From Nannocystales bacterium (lineage in GTDB: Bacteria; Myxococcota_A; Polyangia; Nannocystales; Nannocystaceae): a stretch of 64,000 nucleotides of DNA. The position numbers and the translations under genes were made by a program. Below, piece after piece: positions 55,196-64,000 of this stretch. Each line of letters begins with the position of its first letter. The first letter of the stretch is position 1. The notes under the pieces were generated by a model, which was given only the letters and a program-made list of their open reading frames with translations, ran no database searches and was not told where the DNA came from. The DNA is taken from the NCBI GenBank assembly GCA_050633305.1, contig JBOEGF010000009.1:62314-126313 (forward strand). Reading direction: 5' to 3'.

Positions 55196-56025
55196 AGGAA
55201 CTGGGACCAGACGCGAAGCGGGTCTTGCAGAACTACTGCGAGGAGACTCGTCCCGCCGCCTCCGAGGGGAGAGACCAAAACCAAGCGATTGCAGAGATCG
55301 TACGGCTGGCCAAGGTGCGGGCTCTGAGACGACGGGTTGCGATCGTTGGCACAGTCCTGGCGGTCGCGGCGTCGCTCCTCGCCGTGCTGGTGTTGCGTCC
55401 GGGGCGGGGCGCACAGTTCGTGGAGCAGTCGCGCCCGCTCGAGGCGACCGACCTGCGTGCCGGTGTCCTGCCAGGACAGGCGAGACCGGGCACCGCCCCG
55501 ACGACAGCCGCCCTGCCCGAGGTCACGAAGCAGCAGCGTGCACCCGAGTCGCCGAGCCGACCGGAGCAAACCGCGACTCCGTCAAGTGCAACTCCGCAAC
55601 TTCCCTCAGGCTCGCGTCGCAAGCCGAACCGGCGGCCGCGCCCGGCTGGCCCGAACGAGGAAGGGTCCAGTGAGGGTCCCGAACCGGCGGTCGACACCTT
55701 GGGCGCGGAAGCGGAGTTGATGGCCCAGGGGCGGAAGGCCTTGCGTGAGGCCGACGATGCTCGCCTCCTTCGACTGATGGCGCGGCACCGTACAGAGTTT
55801 CCCGAGGGTGCCTTGGTCCACGAGCGCGAGGCCTGGGAGAGCATCGCTCGGTGTCGAGCGAACACGGCTACGCAGGCGGTGCGGGAGCGAGTCGGGCAAG
55901 CTTTCCTCGAACGACACGCCAGCTCGCCGTGGTCCGCAAAGATCGAACGCGCTTGCGCTGGCGTCGAAGAAACATCGACGAAGTCGCGTGACGGAAACGG
56001 TTCGCCGAAAGCAACTGGGGAATGA
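55192..56025 (+). CDS. Putative anti-sigma factor (TM, Pro-rich linker, TPR-like tip), module D
   Basis: ATGA overlap with the sigma; MKELGPDAKRVL; TM VAIVGTVLAVAASLLAVLVL; LGAEAELMAQGRKAL..HRTEFPEGALVHERE..C..C. Confidence 0.78.
   Translation: MKELGPDAKRVLQNYCEETRPAASEGRDQNQAIAEIVRLAKVRALRRRVAIVGTVLAVAASLLAVLVLRPGRGAQFVEQSRPLEATDLRAGVLPGQARPGTAPTTAALPEVTKQQRAPESPSRPEQTATPSSATPQLPSGSRRKPNRRPRPAGPNEEGSSEGPEPAVDTLGAEAELMAQGRKALREADDARLLRLMARHRTEFPEGALVHEREAWESIARCRANTATQAVRERVGQAFLERHASSPWSAKIERACAGVEETSTKSRDGNGSPKATGE
55988..56015 (+). promoter_or_regulatory. Putative ECF promoter D2 (GTGACGGAA-N14-GCAAC)
   Basis: Inside the anti-sigma 3' end; ends 6 nt before ATG 56022. Confidence 0.7.
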
Positions 56026-56831
56026 TGAATGCTTCTGAACTCCTTGGGTCGGGCCGCGTGCTTGCAATGGCTGCGGTCGCGACGATGACCGTTGCCTGTC
56101 CTCTTCCCGACGCCGACGTTGGCGAGGTCGACACCCCGTCCGGCGATGCGGACAGTGCCCAACCTGAAACCGGAAACGGCGGGGGGCCTTCGAGCGACGC
56201 GGAGTCGGGAGTCGAGCCCGGCACGGGGGAGCCGGGCGGTGCTTCGACCAGCACCACCGGCGGTGGGGGCACGGAACCCGGCGATCCCGGCGACGAACCG
56301 GATGAGACGAGCGGGGGAACGGGGACGACCGCGGAGACAGGCGAGCAAGGATCGACGGGCGGGACCTCCGGATCCTCGGTGTGTTGTGTGGACGGCTTGT
56401 CTTGGAGATGGGTGGTGGGGTTGACTCCGACCTTCGCGACGCACTCGCTCACCGAATGCGACACCTTCACCTTTACCCACGACGACAACACGAACGATGC
56501 TGTCCCGCCTGCGGTATGCACCAACCCGGTGAGTTGCGAGGGCGGGGTGGGCGAAGTGACACTCGCAGACGTTTACGAGCACCTCATGTCGCCCGGGATG
56601 CAACAGGTCCTTGCGGCCGGGACGGCCTTGTACGGCACCAACCTGTTGCCCAACGACGGTGCGTCGAAGCGCATTACGTACGGTGAGGTTGTGATGACCC
56701 TGGGCCTCGGGGAGTGCCCGGGCGGCAAGTCTCCGCTTTGCATCCCCGTCCCACCCGCGCTCGCCGAACTCGACGTCATGCTCGAAGCGCTGGCCGCCGA
56801 CCAACCCGCGCTGACCGACTGTGGAGGATGA
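56022..56831 (+). CDS. Gly/Thr/Glu-linker Cys-containing lipoprotein (payload of module D)
   Basis: Lipobox TVAC; low-complexity linker; several Cys in the C-terminal domain. Confidence 0.75.
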   Translation: MMNASELLGSGRVLAMAAVATMTVACPLPDADVGEVDTPSGDADSAQPETGNGGGPSSDAESGVEPGTGEPGGASTSTTGGGGTEPGDPGDEPDETSGGTGTTAETGEQGSTGGTSGSSVCCVDGLSWRWVVGLTPTFATHSLTECDTFTFTHDDNTNDAVPPAVCTNPVSCEGGVGEVTLADVYEHLMSPGMQQVLAAGTALYGTNLLPNDGASKRITYGEVVMTLGLGECPGGKSPLCIPVPPALAELDVMLEALAADQPALTDCGG

Positions 56832-56939
56832 CCTGCCGGGGCACCGCCAACCCTCGTCGAGTGCTCTGCGGCTCTGGCTGCCTGCAGAAATCTCCATCCG
56901 AGGTTAAACCGTTCGCCAGCGTTGGGATCTTCGGGGGCA

Positions 56940-58562
56940 ATGGCTCGCATTCCCCTTTCCCTCGCGTCCTCTGCATGTCTTGTGGCCCTGTCGACGTCGG
57001 TCGCGTCGACTCCTGCGCATGCCGCGAGTGTTTCGTTCTCCGTCGACACGACCAACGATACGGTCGACATCAACCCTGGAGACGGGCTGTGTAGAGATGC
57101 GGAGGGCTACTGCTCGCTTCGTGCGGCGGTGATGGAGCTCAATGCACTTGGGGGTGGCGCGGTGTCGGTCCCCGCGGGGACGTTTCGGCTGGCGCGAACC
57201 GGGGCGTCCGAGGACGCCGGCTTGACCGGGGACCTCGATATTTGGACGGACATTCATATCTCCGGGGCCGCAGGTGCCTCAGGCCCCACGACGGTCATTC
57301 AAGCCGTAGGCGATCGCGCGGTCGATGTCTCGGACCCCACGAACCTGATTCAGGTCGCCGTGAGCGACGTTGAGTTCATCGACGGGGACGCGGGCGCGGG
57401 CGATGGCGGTGCGATCCGGGCAGCGGGTGGGGCGCTGCTCGTCTCCGATTGTCACTTCTTCGGAAACACGGCGACCGAAGGTGGGGCGATCGACTTCGAG
57501 GGGGTCTTCATGACCACTTCGGCCGACACGTTCGACAGCAACGTCGCCGATCACGGCGGGGCGATCGCCGCGAGAGGGGAGGTTACAGGCGGGAACTCCA
57601 CCTTCAGCAACAACGAAGCCACGGCCGCGAATGGACGAGGCGGAGCGCTGTACATCCCCTCGGGGATGTTCCGGCTGCTCGACATGACGTTCGAGTTCAA
57701 CACCGCGACATACGGAGGCGCTTTCTTCAGCAGCCCCGCGCCGATGATGACGCTCACCTCGGGGAGAGCTCATCTCGAGAGGGCGTTGTTCTACGGCAAT
57801 GACGCTGCGAGCGGCGGCGCGGCATGGATCGAAGGGGCGCAACGGGTCGAGATCGCCGATACGCTGTTTCTGTCAAACACGGCGGATAGCGACGGAGGCG
57901 CAGTCTGGGCGGAAGCGCAGCTGGATGTCGATCGAAGCTCGTTCGTCGACAATCGCACGACGGCGAGCGGAGGAGCGATTGCCTGGGACGGGTCGGGGAC
58001 CGGTGCGAGGCTCGACATCCTGAACTCGACGTTGGGCGACAACGAGGCGGCGTACTCCGGTGGAGGCCTCTTCGCCGATGGAGGGGATGTGGACATCACC
58101 ACTTCGACCATCGCCGACAACGAGGTAACGGCAGGGGGAGGGCGTGGGGGCGGCATCTATCATGCGGCCGCGGCGGGTTTCCGCATGACGCACACGCTGG
58201 TCATGCGCAACCGGGTGAGCGGTGCCCCGTACCTCTCACCTCTGGGCAATGACATCTCCGCATTCTCGACCCCCGTGGTCTCCGCGGACCACAACATCGT
58301 CGGCGATGCGCTGGGCTCCTCGTTCAGTAGCAACCCCACCGACCTCGTGGGGAGCTCGACGATGTCGGTCGTATGGCCACTGACCACGCTTGGCTACTTC
58401 GGTTCTCCGACGCTCAGCTACGGGATGGGCTGGTTCTCGTCGGCACGCGACGGCGGGGCATCGGTCTGCACGACACCAGGCGGGGCTCCGGTCAACGTCG
58501 ATCAGCGGGGCAACCCCCGTCCCATGGGTGTTGCCTGCGACATCGGCGCGGTCGAGGGGTAG
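56940..58562 (+). CDS. Secreted CSLREA-domain beta-helix protein with PMP-like GGAI/FxxN repeats and a choice-of-anchor-Q-like C-terminus
   Basis: Signal peptide ending AHA; GDGLC..CSLRAA; GDLDI; repeated FxxN..GGAI; DQRGNPRP..CDIGAVE. Confidence 0.88.
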   Translation: MARIPLSLASSACLVALSTSVASTPAHAASVSFSVDTTNDTVDINPGDGLCRDAEGYCSLRAAVMELNALGGGAVSVPAGTFRLARTGASEDAGLTGDLDIWTDIHISGAAGASGPTTVIQAVGDRAVDVSDPTNLIQVAVSDVEFIDGDAGAGDGGAIRAAGGALLVSDCHFFGNTATEGGAIDFEGVFMTTSADTFDSNVADHGGAIAARGEVTGGNSTFSNNEATAANGRGGALYIPSGMFRLLDMTFEFNTATYGGAFFSSPAPMMTLTSGRAHLERALFYGNDAASGGAAWIEGAQRVEIADTLFLSNTADSDGGAVWAEAQLDVDRSSFVDNRTTASGGAIAWDGSGTGARLDILNSTLGDNEAAYSGGGLFADGGDVDITTSTIADNEVTAGGGRGGGIYHAAAAGFRMTHTLVMRNRVSGAPYLSPLGNDISAFSTPVVSADHNIVGDALGSSFSSNPTDLVGSSTMSVVWPLTTLGYFGSPTLSYGMGWFSSARDGGASVCTTPGGAPVNVDQRGNPRPMGVACDIGAVEG

Positions 58563-58636
58563 CGGCTCGGGCGGGAATACTTTGGCCCTAGGCCTGATTG
58601 TGGGTGGGCACGTCGGCTTTCGACCTGCATCCACCT

Positions 58637-60838
58637 ATGCTCCACAGGCCTCCTCATCGTTCCCCCCGTCTCGTCCTCGTTGCTGCGCTGCTGCTCTCGG
58701 TCGGCGGATGCCACCCTCGCTCCGGCGAGCGCCACCCCGACGCCGCGGAAGTGTCGACGCCCACCGCAGGTTTTCCGGCTGCGACGCCCGAGGACGTGGG
58801 CATTCCCAGCGAGGCGCTGGAGCGACTCTCGCGACGAGTCCAGGCGCTGGTCGACGACGAAGACATCGTGGGCGGCGAGTTGATGGTCGTGAAGAACCGG
58901 CGGACCGTCTTTCAAGCCGCGTATGGCTGGAAGGACCGCGAGGCTGGGCAGGCGTTGGAGACCGACGCCGTGTACTGCGTGCGGTCGATGACGAAACCGT
59001 TAATCGGGACCGCGATCCAGATGTTGGTGGACGATGGCCGGCTCCGTGTCGACACACCTGTCCATGAGATCTTGCCGTCGTTCGACACGCCGGACACCCG
59101 CGGGATCACGGTCGAGCATCTCCTCTCCCACACCGGCGGCTTCCCGATCTCGACCATCGCTCAGCCGCTCGATGCCTACCCAGACCTCGCTGCCGTCGCG
59201 GCTGAAGCCGCAGCGACCCCGCTCCTGTTCGAACCCGGGACTCGGTTCGAATACAGCGATGCGTCGGCTGACACGCTGGGGGCGATCGTCGAAACGTTGA
59301 CCGGGGCCTCCGCGGAGGCATTCATTCAAGAGCGCATCCTCGACCCGCTGGGGATGCAGGACTCGTTCACGCTGCTGACCCCCGATGCGCCGTTTCGGGC
59401 CCGGATCCCCAGCGCCTATTCCGGGGGACCGGGGGCGTGGGAGCGGCACTGGCAACCCTCGGCGTCGATCATGTTTCCGATCTTCTTGCCGTCGCAGAGT
59501 TTGTACTCGACGACGACCGACTACGCTCGATTCGTGACCCTGTGGATGGACCGAGGCCGAGTCGGGAACGAGCAGCTGCTCTCGAGGGAAGCGGTCGCGC
59601 GCGGGCTCGTTCCTCGTGAGCGCATCACTGGCATGCGCTCCGGGTTTCAGGGGCTGGACCTCTACTACGGCCAACAATGGGTCCTGTATGCGGACCCGGA
59701 CCCGGAGCGTCCGCAGCATCGGGTGTTCGGTCACTCCGGATCCGACGGAACACATGCGTGGGTGTGGCCCGAGGAGGACCTGATCGTGCTGTTTTTCACG
59801 CAGTCTCGCGGCACAATGGCAGGCATCGCGCTGGAACCAGCCCTGCAGAAGCTGCTGGTCCAGCAGGACCTCAGTGCGCCCGAGCCTGTGGGTGCTTCGC
59901 AGGCGTTGGGCGAGTTGGCCGGGCTGTATTGGGATGAGACCGCACACGCGGCGTACTACGTCATGACGCCGAAGGGCCGCGGATTGGTGCTGGAACGTCC
60001 CGGTCGCATGCGGATGACGTTGGTTCCCGGCGAGATCCCCGGCCGCTATGAGCACGAAGCCGGCGCCCCGGCGTGGGTTGAGTTCGTGCGGGACGAAGCG
60101 GGCGCGGTCATCTCCATGCGCACCTCGTTCGCAGGGACGGTGGAACTCGACCCCAAGTACGTGCCCGATCCGAGCCTACCTTCGGTGCCCGACGTGCTCG
60201 CTCGCGTCCGCGCGGCTCACGGGATCGACAACCTTCCCAAAGCGGGGACCGTGCAGCTTCGGGGGACCGTGACCTTGAAGTCGCGCCGTCTGGAGGGGGT
60301 GTTCTCCTCGACGTTCGACAGCACGCATTCGAACTCGTCGGCGGAACTCGCCGGCACCGAAGAGGTGGTCGTGGTCTCGGGCGACCAAGCTTGGTACCGC
60401 GCGACGCACTTGGGCGCACAAGAGCTGACGGGGGCCCGTCGTGCCCAGACGTTGCTCGACCAGGTCTCGGTTCGATATGGGGACTGGTCGGAGCACTACG
60501 AGAGTGTCGAAGTCCTCAAGCGCCTCGAGCATGATGACCAGTCCGTTCTCCTGGTGCGGGTGGTGCCCAAGGAGGGTCCGGGGGCGACGATGGTGGTGGA
60601 CGAAAAGACCGGGCGCTTGATCCACACCGACACCCTCGTGCAGGTCCCCGGGCTCGGGTTGGTCGGGGTGGAGACGGACTACGGGGACTTTCGCGATGTC
60701 GGTGGGATGACCCTCCCATTCAAGGTGGTGGCCACGTACGCCACGCCGATGATCGGTACGATCGTCTCCGTCGTCACCGAGTCCAAGACGGGCGTTCGGG
60801 TGCCCGAGGACACCTTCAAAGCCCCTCGGGCGGAGTGA
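58637..60838 (+). CDS. Serine hydrolase (beta-lactamase family) lipoprotein with long C-terminal extension
   Basis: VGGC lipobox; RSMTKP (SxxK), LLSHTGG, FEYSD, FGHSG; about 330 extra C-terminal residues. Confidence 0.88.
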   Translation: MLHRPPHRSPRLVLVAALLLSVGGCHPRSGERHPDAAEVSTPTAGFPAATPEDVGIPSEALERLSRRVQALVDDEDIVGGELMVVKNRRTVFQAAYGWKDREAGQALETDAVYCVRSMTKPLIGTAIQMLVDDGRLRVDTPVHEILPSFDTPDTRGITVEHLLSHTGGFPISTIAQPLDAYPDLAAVAAEAAATPLLFEPGTRFEYSDASADTLGAIVETLTGASAEAFIQERILDPLGMQDSFTLLTPDAPFRARIPSAYSGGPGAWERHWQPSASIMFPIFLPSQSLYSTTTDYARFVTLWMDRGRVGNEQLLSREAVARGLVPRERITGMRSGFQGLDLYYGQQWVLYADPDPERPQHRVFGHSGSDGTHAWVWPEEDLIVLFFTQSRGTMAGIALEPALQKLLVQQDLSAPEPVGASQALGELAGLYWDETAHAAYYVMTPKGRGLVLERPGRMRMTLVPGEIPGRYEHEAGAPAWVEFVRDEAGAVISMRTSFAGTVELDPKYVPDPSLPSVPDVLARVRAAHGIDNLPKAGTVQLRGTVTLKSRRLEGVFSSTFDSTHSNSSAELAGTEEVVVVSGDQAWYRATHLGAQELTGARRAQTLLDQVSVRYGDWSEHYESVEVLKRLEHDDQSVLLVRVVPKEGPGATMVVDEKTGRLIHTDTLVQVPGLGLVGVETDYGDFRDVGGMTLPFKVVATYATPMIGTIVSVVTESKTGVRVPEDTFKAPRAE

Positions 60839-60953
60839 TCGACTCCGGGCTTGAGCGGGCCTGATCTTCACCCGTTCGGCGCAACGCACAAGAGCGGCCG
60901 AGTTCCGCGTGCCCTCACGCCCCGGGGCTGTCGACGGCGCTGGGCCACAGGCG

Positions 60954-61790
60954 TTAGGAGGCGGCCACGCGGCGGAGGAACGCCTCGCCGTCTTTGCGCC
61001 CGAGGTCGAACGTGGCCTGAACCCGAGCGGGGTTGGCGTAGTCCCACAGGGCGATCGGGACCGGCGCGCTGGGCCGGACCGCGGTCATACCGGGAAACTC
61101 CGGGAGCGCGTCGTCGTGTCGGGACAGCAGGACCAGCGTTGGGCCGTGGTGGGAGACCTGCTCCACAGGGACACTGTCGACCAGCGCTCCGTCGAGAACA
61201 TTGCGACCCTCTCGCCGCATGAGTGGCATCAGCGGAGGCGCACAAGACGACTGCAGAATCAGATCCGCGAGGTCGGCCGCGTTCTCACACTGGTCCGCGC
61301 GGACCATCGCGGCCTGGTACCCCAAGCGTCGCGGCCAACGTGGTCGTACCCGCCCGGCCACGCGTCGCTCGATCCGGTACGAGACCAGCCCCACAGCGGC
61401 CGCGACTGCGGGGTGCCAGCCGCTGGGGGGATGGGTCAGCATCACGTAGATCTCGGGCCCTTCGCGCAGGGCCTTGAGCATCTCGGGGGTCGTCGTGCGC
61501 TCGATGGTCCCTCGGTACATCTCGTAGTGGGGAAACACGGGGCCCGCTCGGCCGACGTTGCCCAGGTGGAGGTTGCTGGGGTTCTCGTCGGTGCGCCGCT
61601 TGAACTCCTCGAGCACATGGCGACTGCGACCGGTCACCGCGGCACAGGCGAACGCCGCACCGGCGCTGACCGAGGCGATGACCGCGGGCTCGAAGAGGTG
61701 GCCTGCCTCCTCCCAGAAACCAGCCTGCCAGAAGCAGCGGCATCCACCCCCGGAGAAGACCACCGCCCGGATCGAACTGGGCTCAAGCAT
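60954..61790 (-). CDS. Patatin-like phospholipase
   Basis: FSGGGCR, SVSAG nucleophile elbow, LDGA. Confidence 0.85.
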   Translation of the reverse strand: MLEPSSIRAVVFSGGGCRCFWQAGFWEEAGHLFEPAVIASVSAGAAFACAAVTGRSRHVLEEFKRRTDENPSNLHLGNVGRAGPVFPHYEMYRGTIERTTTPEMLKALREGPEIYVMLTHPPSGWHPAVAAAVGLVSYRIERRVAGRVRPRWPRRLGYQAAMVRADQCENAADLADLILQSSCAPPLMPLMRREGRNVLDGALVDSVPVEQVSHHGPTLVLLSRHDDALPEFPGMTAVRPSAPVPIALWDYANPARVQATFDLGRKDGEAFLRRVAAS

Positions 61791-61929
61791 GGGAGGTGTT
61801 GTAGAGGGCTGGAGGCCTCCTGCCCAGCGACGTTTCGATTGTTGCGTATCTGGGAGCGCGCCTTACGAGGAGGCGAGGGGCCCTTGCGGGATGCGCGCTA
61901 TGAACCCGAGGTGCGGTGCAGTCCGCCGC

Positions 61930-64000
61930 TCAGACGGCCTCGAAGAAGGTGTCGCCGTGGTCGGCCATCTGTCGAAGCGCTCGCGGAACGGCATATCGCT
62001 CGCCGTACTGCTCCGCGAACGTGTCCATCTGTGCCACGAAGGCGGCCACGCCCATGCGGTCGATGTACGAGAGGGGTCCACCGGTCGCCGGCGAGAACCC
62101 AACGCCAAAGATGGCGCCGACTTCTGCATCGCGGCGGCGCTCGATGATGCCCTCGGCCACGGTACGGGCCGCCTCGAGGGCTTGAATGCCGAGCAGCCGG
62201 GCACGCAGGTGCTCCACCGACGTGTCCTCGGGCGTGCCGCGGGCGTGGGCCTTGAGGCCCGCCCAAAGTCCGCGGCGTCGGCCGTCTTTGTAGTCGTAGA
62301 ACCCGGCCCCTACAGCCTTGCCCGTTCGTCCATCCGCCACGAGCGTCTCGACCATGGCCACGCCTGGCAGGTCCAGGCTCCGTCCGTACTTACGACCCAT
62401 GCTGAACGCCTTGGCGCCCAGGGAGAGGGTGACCTCATCGAACACCTGAAGTGGCGGTACAACCATCCCGGCGCTGCGTCCTGCCCATTCCACGACAACG
62501 GGGTCGTGCCCCTCTGCGACGAGTTGGGCACCCTCGAGGATGTAGGCTGAGAACACCCGCGTGGTGTAGAAACCGTAGCCATCACCGACCACGATCGGGA
62601 GCTTGCCGATGCTCTGGGTGAAGGCGAGCGCGCGAGCGGCCGTCGACTCGGAGGTCTGCTCCCCGACGATCACCTCCAGCAACTCCATTTTCTCGACCGG
62701 AGAGAAGAAGTGCAGTCCGATGAAGTTGTCGGGATTGCTGCTGACCTTGGCGAGGTCGCCGATGGGGAGCGCGCTGGTGTTGGACGCCCAAATGCCCCCC
62801 TCGGCGAGCATCGGTTCGGCCTCTTGGGTCACCCGGTGTTTGAGTTCGAGGTTTTCGAAGACGGCCTCGATGATGAGGTCGGAGCCTCGCAGCGGCTCGA
62901 GCTCGAGCGTGGTCTGGATGCGTCCGAGTAGGGTGTTGCGGGCCTCGTCGCCGAGGTGCCGGAGCTTGGCAGCCTGGGCGGCGCAGTGGGCCTCGGCGGT
63001 CTGCAGTGTTGCCTCGTCGATGTCGCGCAGAACAACGTCGTATCCCGCCTTGGCGCAGACGAACGCCAACCCCGCGCCCATCATGCCGGCGCCGAGGATC
63101 GAGACCTTCTGGATGCGCGCCGACTCGGCTCGCGGAAGGCCCTCGTGCTTCTTGGCCGCGTTGCGGTGGTACCAGAGCGTGCGGATCATGTCCTTGGCTT
63201 GGTCCGAGATCGCCAGCTGCACGAAGGCCCGGGCCTCGACTTGCAGGGCTCGATCGAAGTCGAGGGCGAGTCCTTCTTGGACCGTCGCAATCGCGAGTCG
63301 GGGGGCTGCGTAGGCACCCGCGGTCTTCTTCTCGATCATGCCGCAGGCGGCCATGAACAGGTTCCGAGCATCACCGGAGCCAGCCCGTGGGCCCGGCATT
63401 CGGCCCTTGCGGTCCCAGGGTTGTGCGGCCCCGGGGTTGGCCTCGATGAAGTCCAGCGCCGCTTGGCGAACGGCGGCCGCATCGGGAGCCAGCGCGTCGA
63501 CCAGTCCTGCAGCCCTGGCTTTGGGGGCGCGCAGGACCTTGCCCTGCAGGATGATGTCGAGGGCAGCCTGAATGCCGATCAACCGGGGGAGGCGCTGGCT
63601 ACCGCCCGCCCCGGGGATCACGCCGAGCGTGACCTCCGGGAGCCCGACTTGAACGTGGCCTTCGTCGAGTGCGATGCGGTGGTGGCAGGCGAGGGCCAAC
63701 TCGTAGCCGCCGCCGAGCGCCGAGCCCGTCAGGGTCGCGACCACGGGCACGCTCATCGTCTCGAGTCGTCGATACAGCGCCGAGAGTTTCTCGACGCGCT
63801 CGAGCAACGCTCGGGCATCGCGCTCGGGGAACAGCGCATCGAGGTCGGCCCCCACGCAGAAGTCGCGGTGCGCGGTGTCGATGATGATGCCGCGAAGGCC
63901 CTCCTGGGCGGCAGCCCAGTCGAGTGCCTGCCCGAGCCCGATGCCGAAGGCCGCATCGATGCGGTTGACCTTGGGCATCGCGAGCGTGAGCGTGGCGACG
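61930..64000 (-). CDS. Fatty-acid oxidation multifunctional enzyme (enoyl-CoA hydratase + 3-hydroxyacyl-CoA dehydrogenase, FadJ/FadB type); 5' end outside the window
   Basis: FCVGADL, ALGGGYE, GLPEV, GAGMMG, SNTSAL, GLHFFSPV; the frame stays open to the window edge (VATLTLAMPK). Confidence 0.93.
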   Translation of the reverse strand, partial: VATLTLAMPKVNRIDAAFGIGLGQALDWAAAQEGLRGIIIDTAHRDFCVGADLDALFPERDARALLERVEKLSALYRRLETMSVPVVATLTGSALGGGYELALACHHRIALDEGHVQVGLPEVTLGVIPGAGGSQRLPRLIGIQAALDIILQGKVLRAPKARAAGLVDALAPDAAAVRQAALDFIEANPGAAQPWDRKGRMPGPRAGSGDARNLFMAACGMIEKKTAGAYAAPRLAIATVQEGLALDFDRALQVEARAFVQLAISDQAKDMIRTLWYHRNAAKKHEGLPRAESARIQKVSILGAGMMGAGLAFVCAKAGYDVVLRDIDEATLQTAEAHCAAQAAKLRHLGDEARNTLLGRIQTTLELEPLRGSDLIIEAVFENLELKHRVTQEAEPMLAEGGIWASNTSALPIGDLAKVSSNPDNFIGLHFFSPVEKMELLEVIVGEQTSESTAARALAFTQSIGKLPIVVGDGYGFYTTRVFSAYILEGAQLVAEGHDPVVVEWAGRSAGMVVPPLQVFDEVTLSLGAKAFSMGRKYGRSLDLPGVAMVETLVADGRTGKAVGAGFYDYKDGRRRGLWAGLKAHARGTPEDTSVEHLRARLLGIQALEAARTVAEGIIERRRDAEVGAIFGVGFSPATGGPLSYIDRMGVAAFVAQMDTFAEQYGERYAVPRALRQMADHGDTFFEAV

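Noticed and set aside
56832..56945. CSLREA gene as a further module D target
   Set aside because: GCAAT overlaps its start, but no GTGACGGAA lies at the required spacing.

Overview
High-GC DNA (judged by eye) from a myxobacterium, most likely Nannocystaceae-like. This is inferred from MYXO-CTERM proteins, Ser/Thr-linker Cys-rich lipoproteins, a kinase-TPR protein and many ECF sigma factors. Housekeeping and metabolic genes: metG, htpG, hemH, rnr, clpP, two beta-oxidation enzymes plus a thiolase, an ALDH7-family dehydrogenase, an Slt-type transglycosylase and a SWIM-SNF2 helicase. I found no rRNA, tRNA, CRISPR array or transposase. The standout content is four ECF sigma modules. (A) 1-5222: a divergent ECF sigma/anti-sigma pair facing a soluble copy of the anti-sigma periplasmic domain, an exported caspase-like protease fused to a repeat/beta-barrel region, and a caspase-less barrel paralog. 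(B-D) 30131-34236, 50169-53229 and 53421-56831: three copies of a cassette made of an exported Cys-pair-domain/Pro-linker/beta-barrel protein, an ECF sigma, a membrane anti-sigma with a TPR-like tip (fused to the sigma in C), and an exported payload gene. Each module has its own bipartite motif with identical spacing, once before the sigma gene and again before the payload gene(s). These are probable cognate ECF promoters readable directly from the DNA. Many other genes have a TAnnnT hexamer 5-7 nt before the start codon, suggesting widespread leaderless transcription. Family assignments come from motif recognition and recall; no searches were run.
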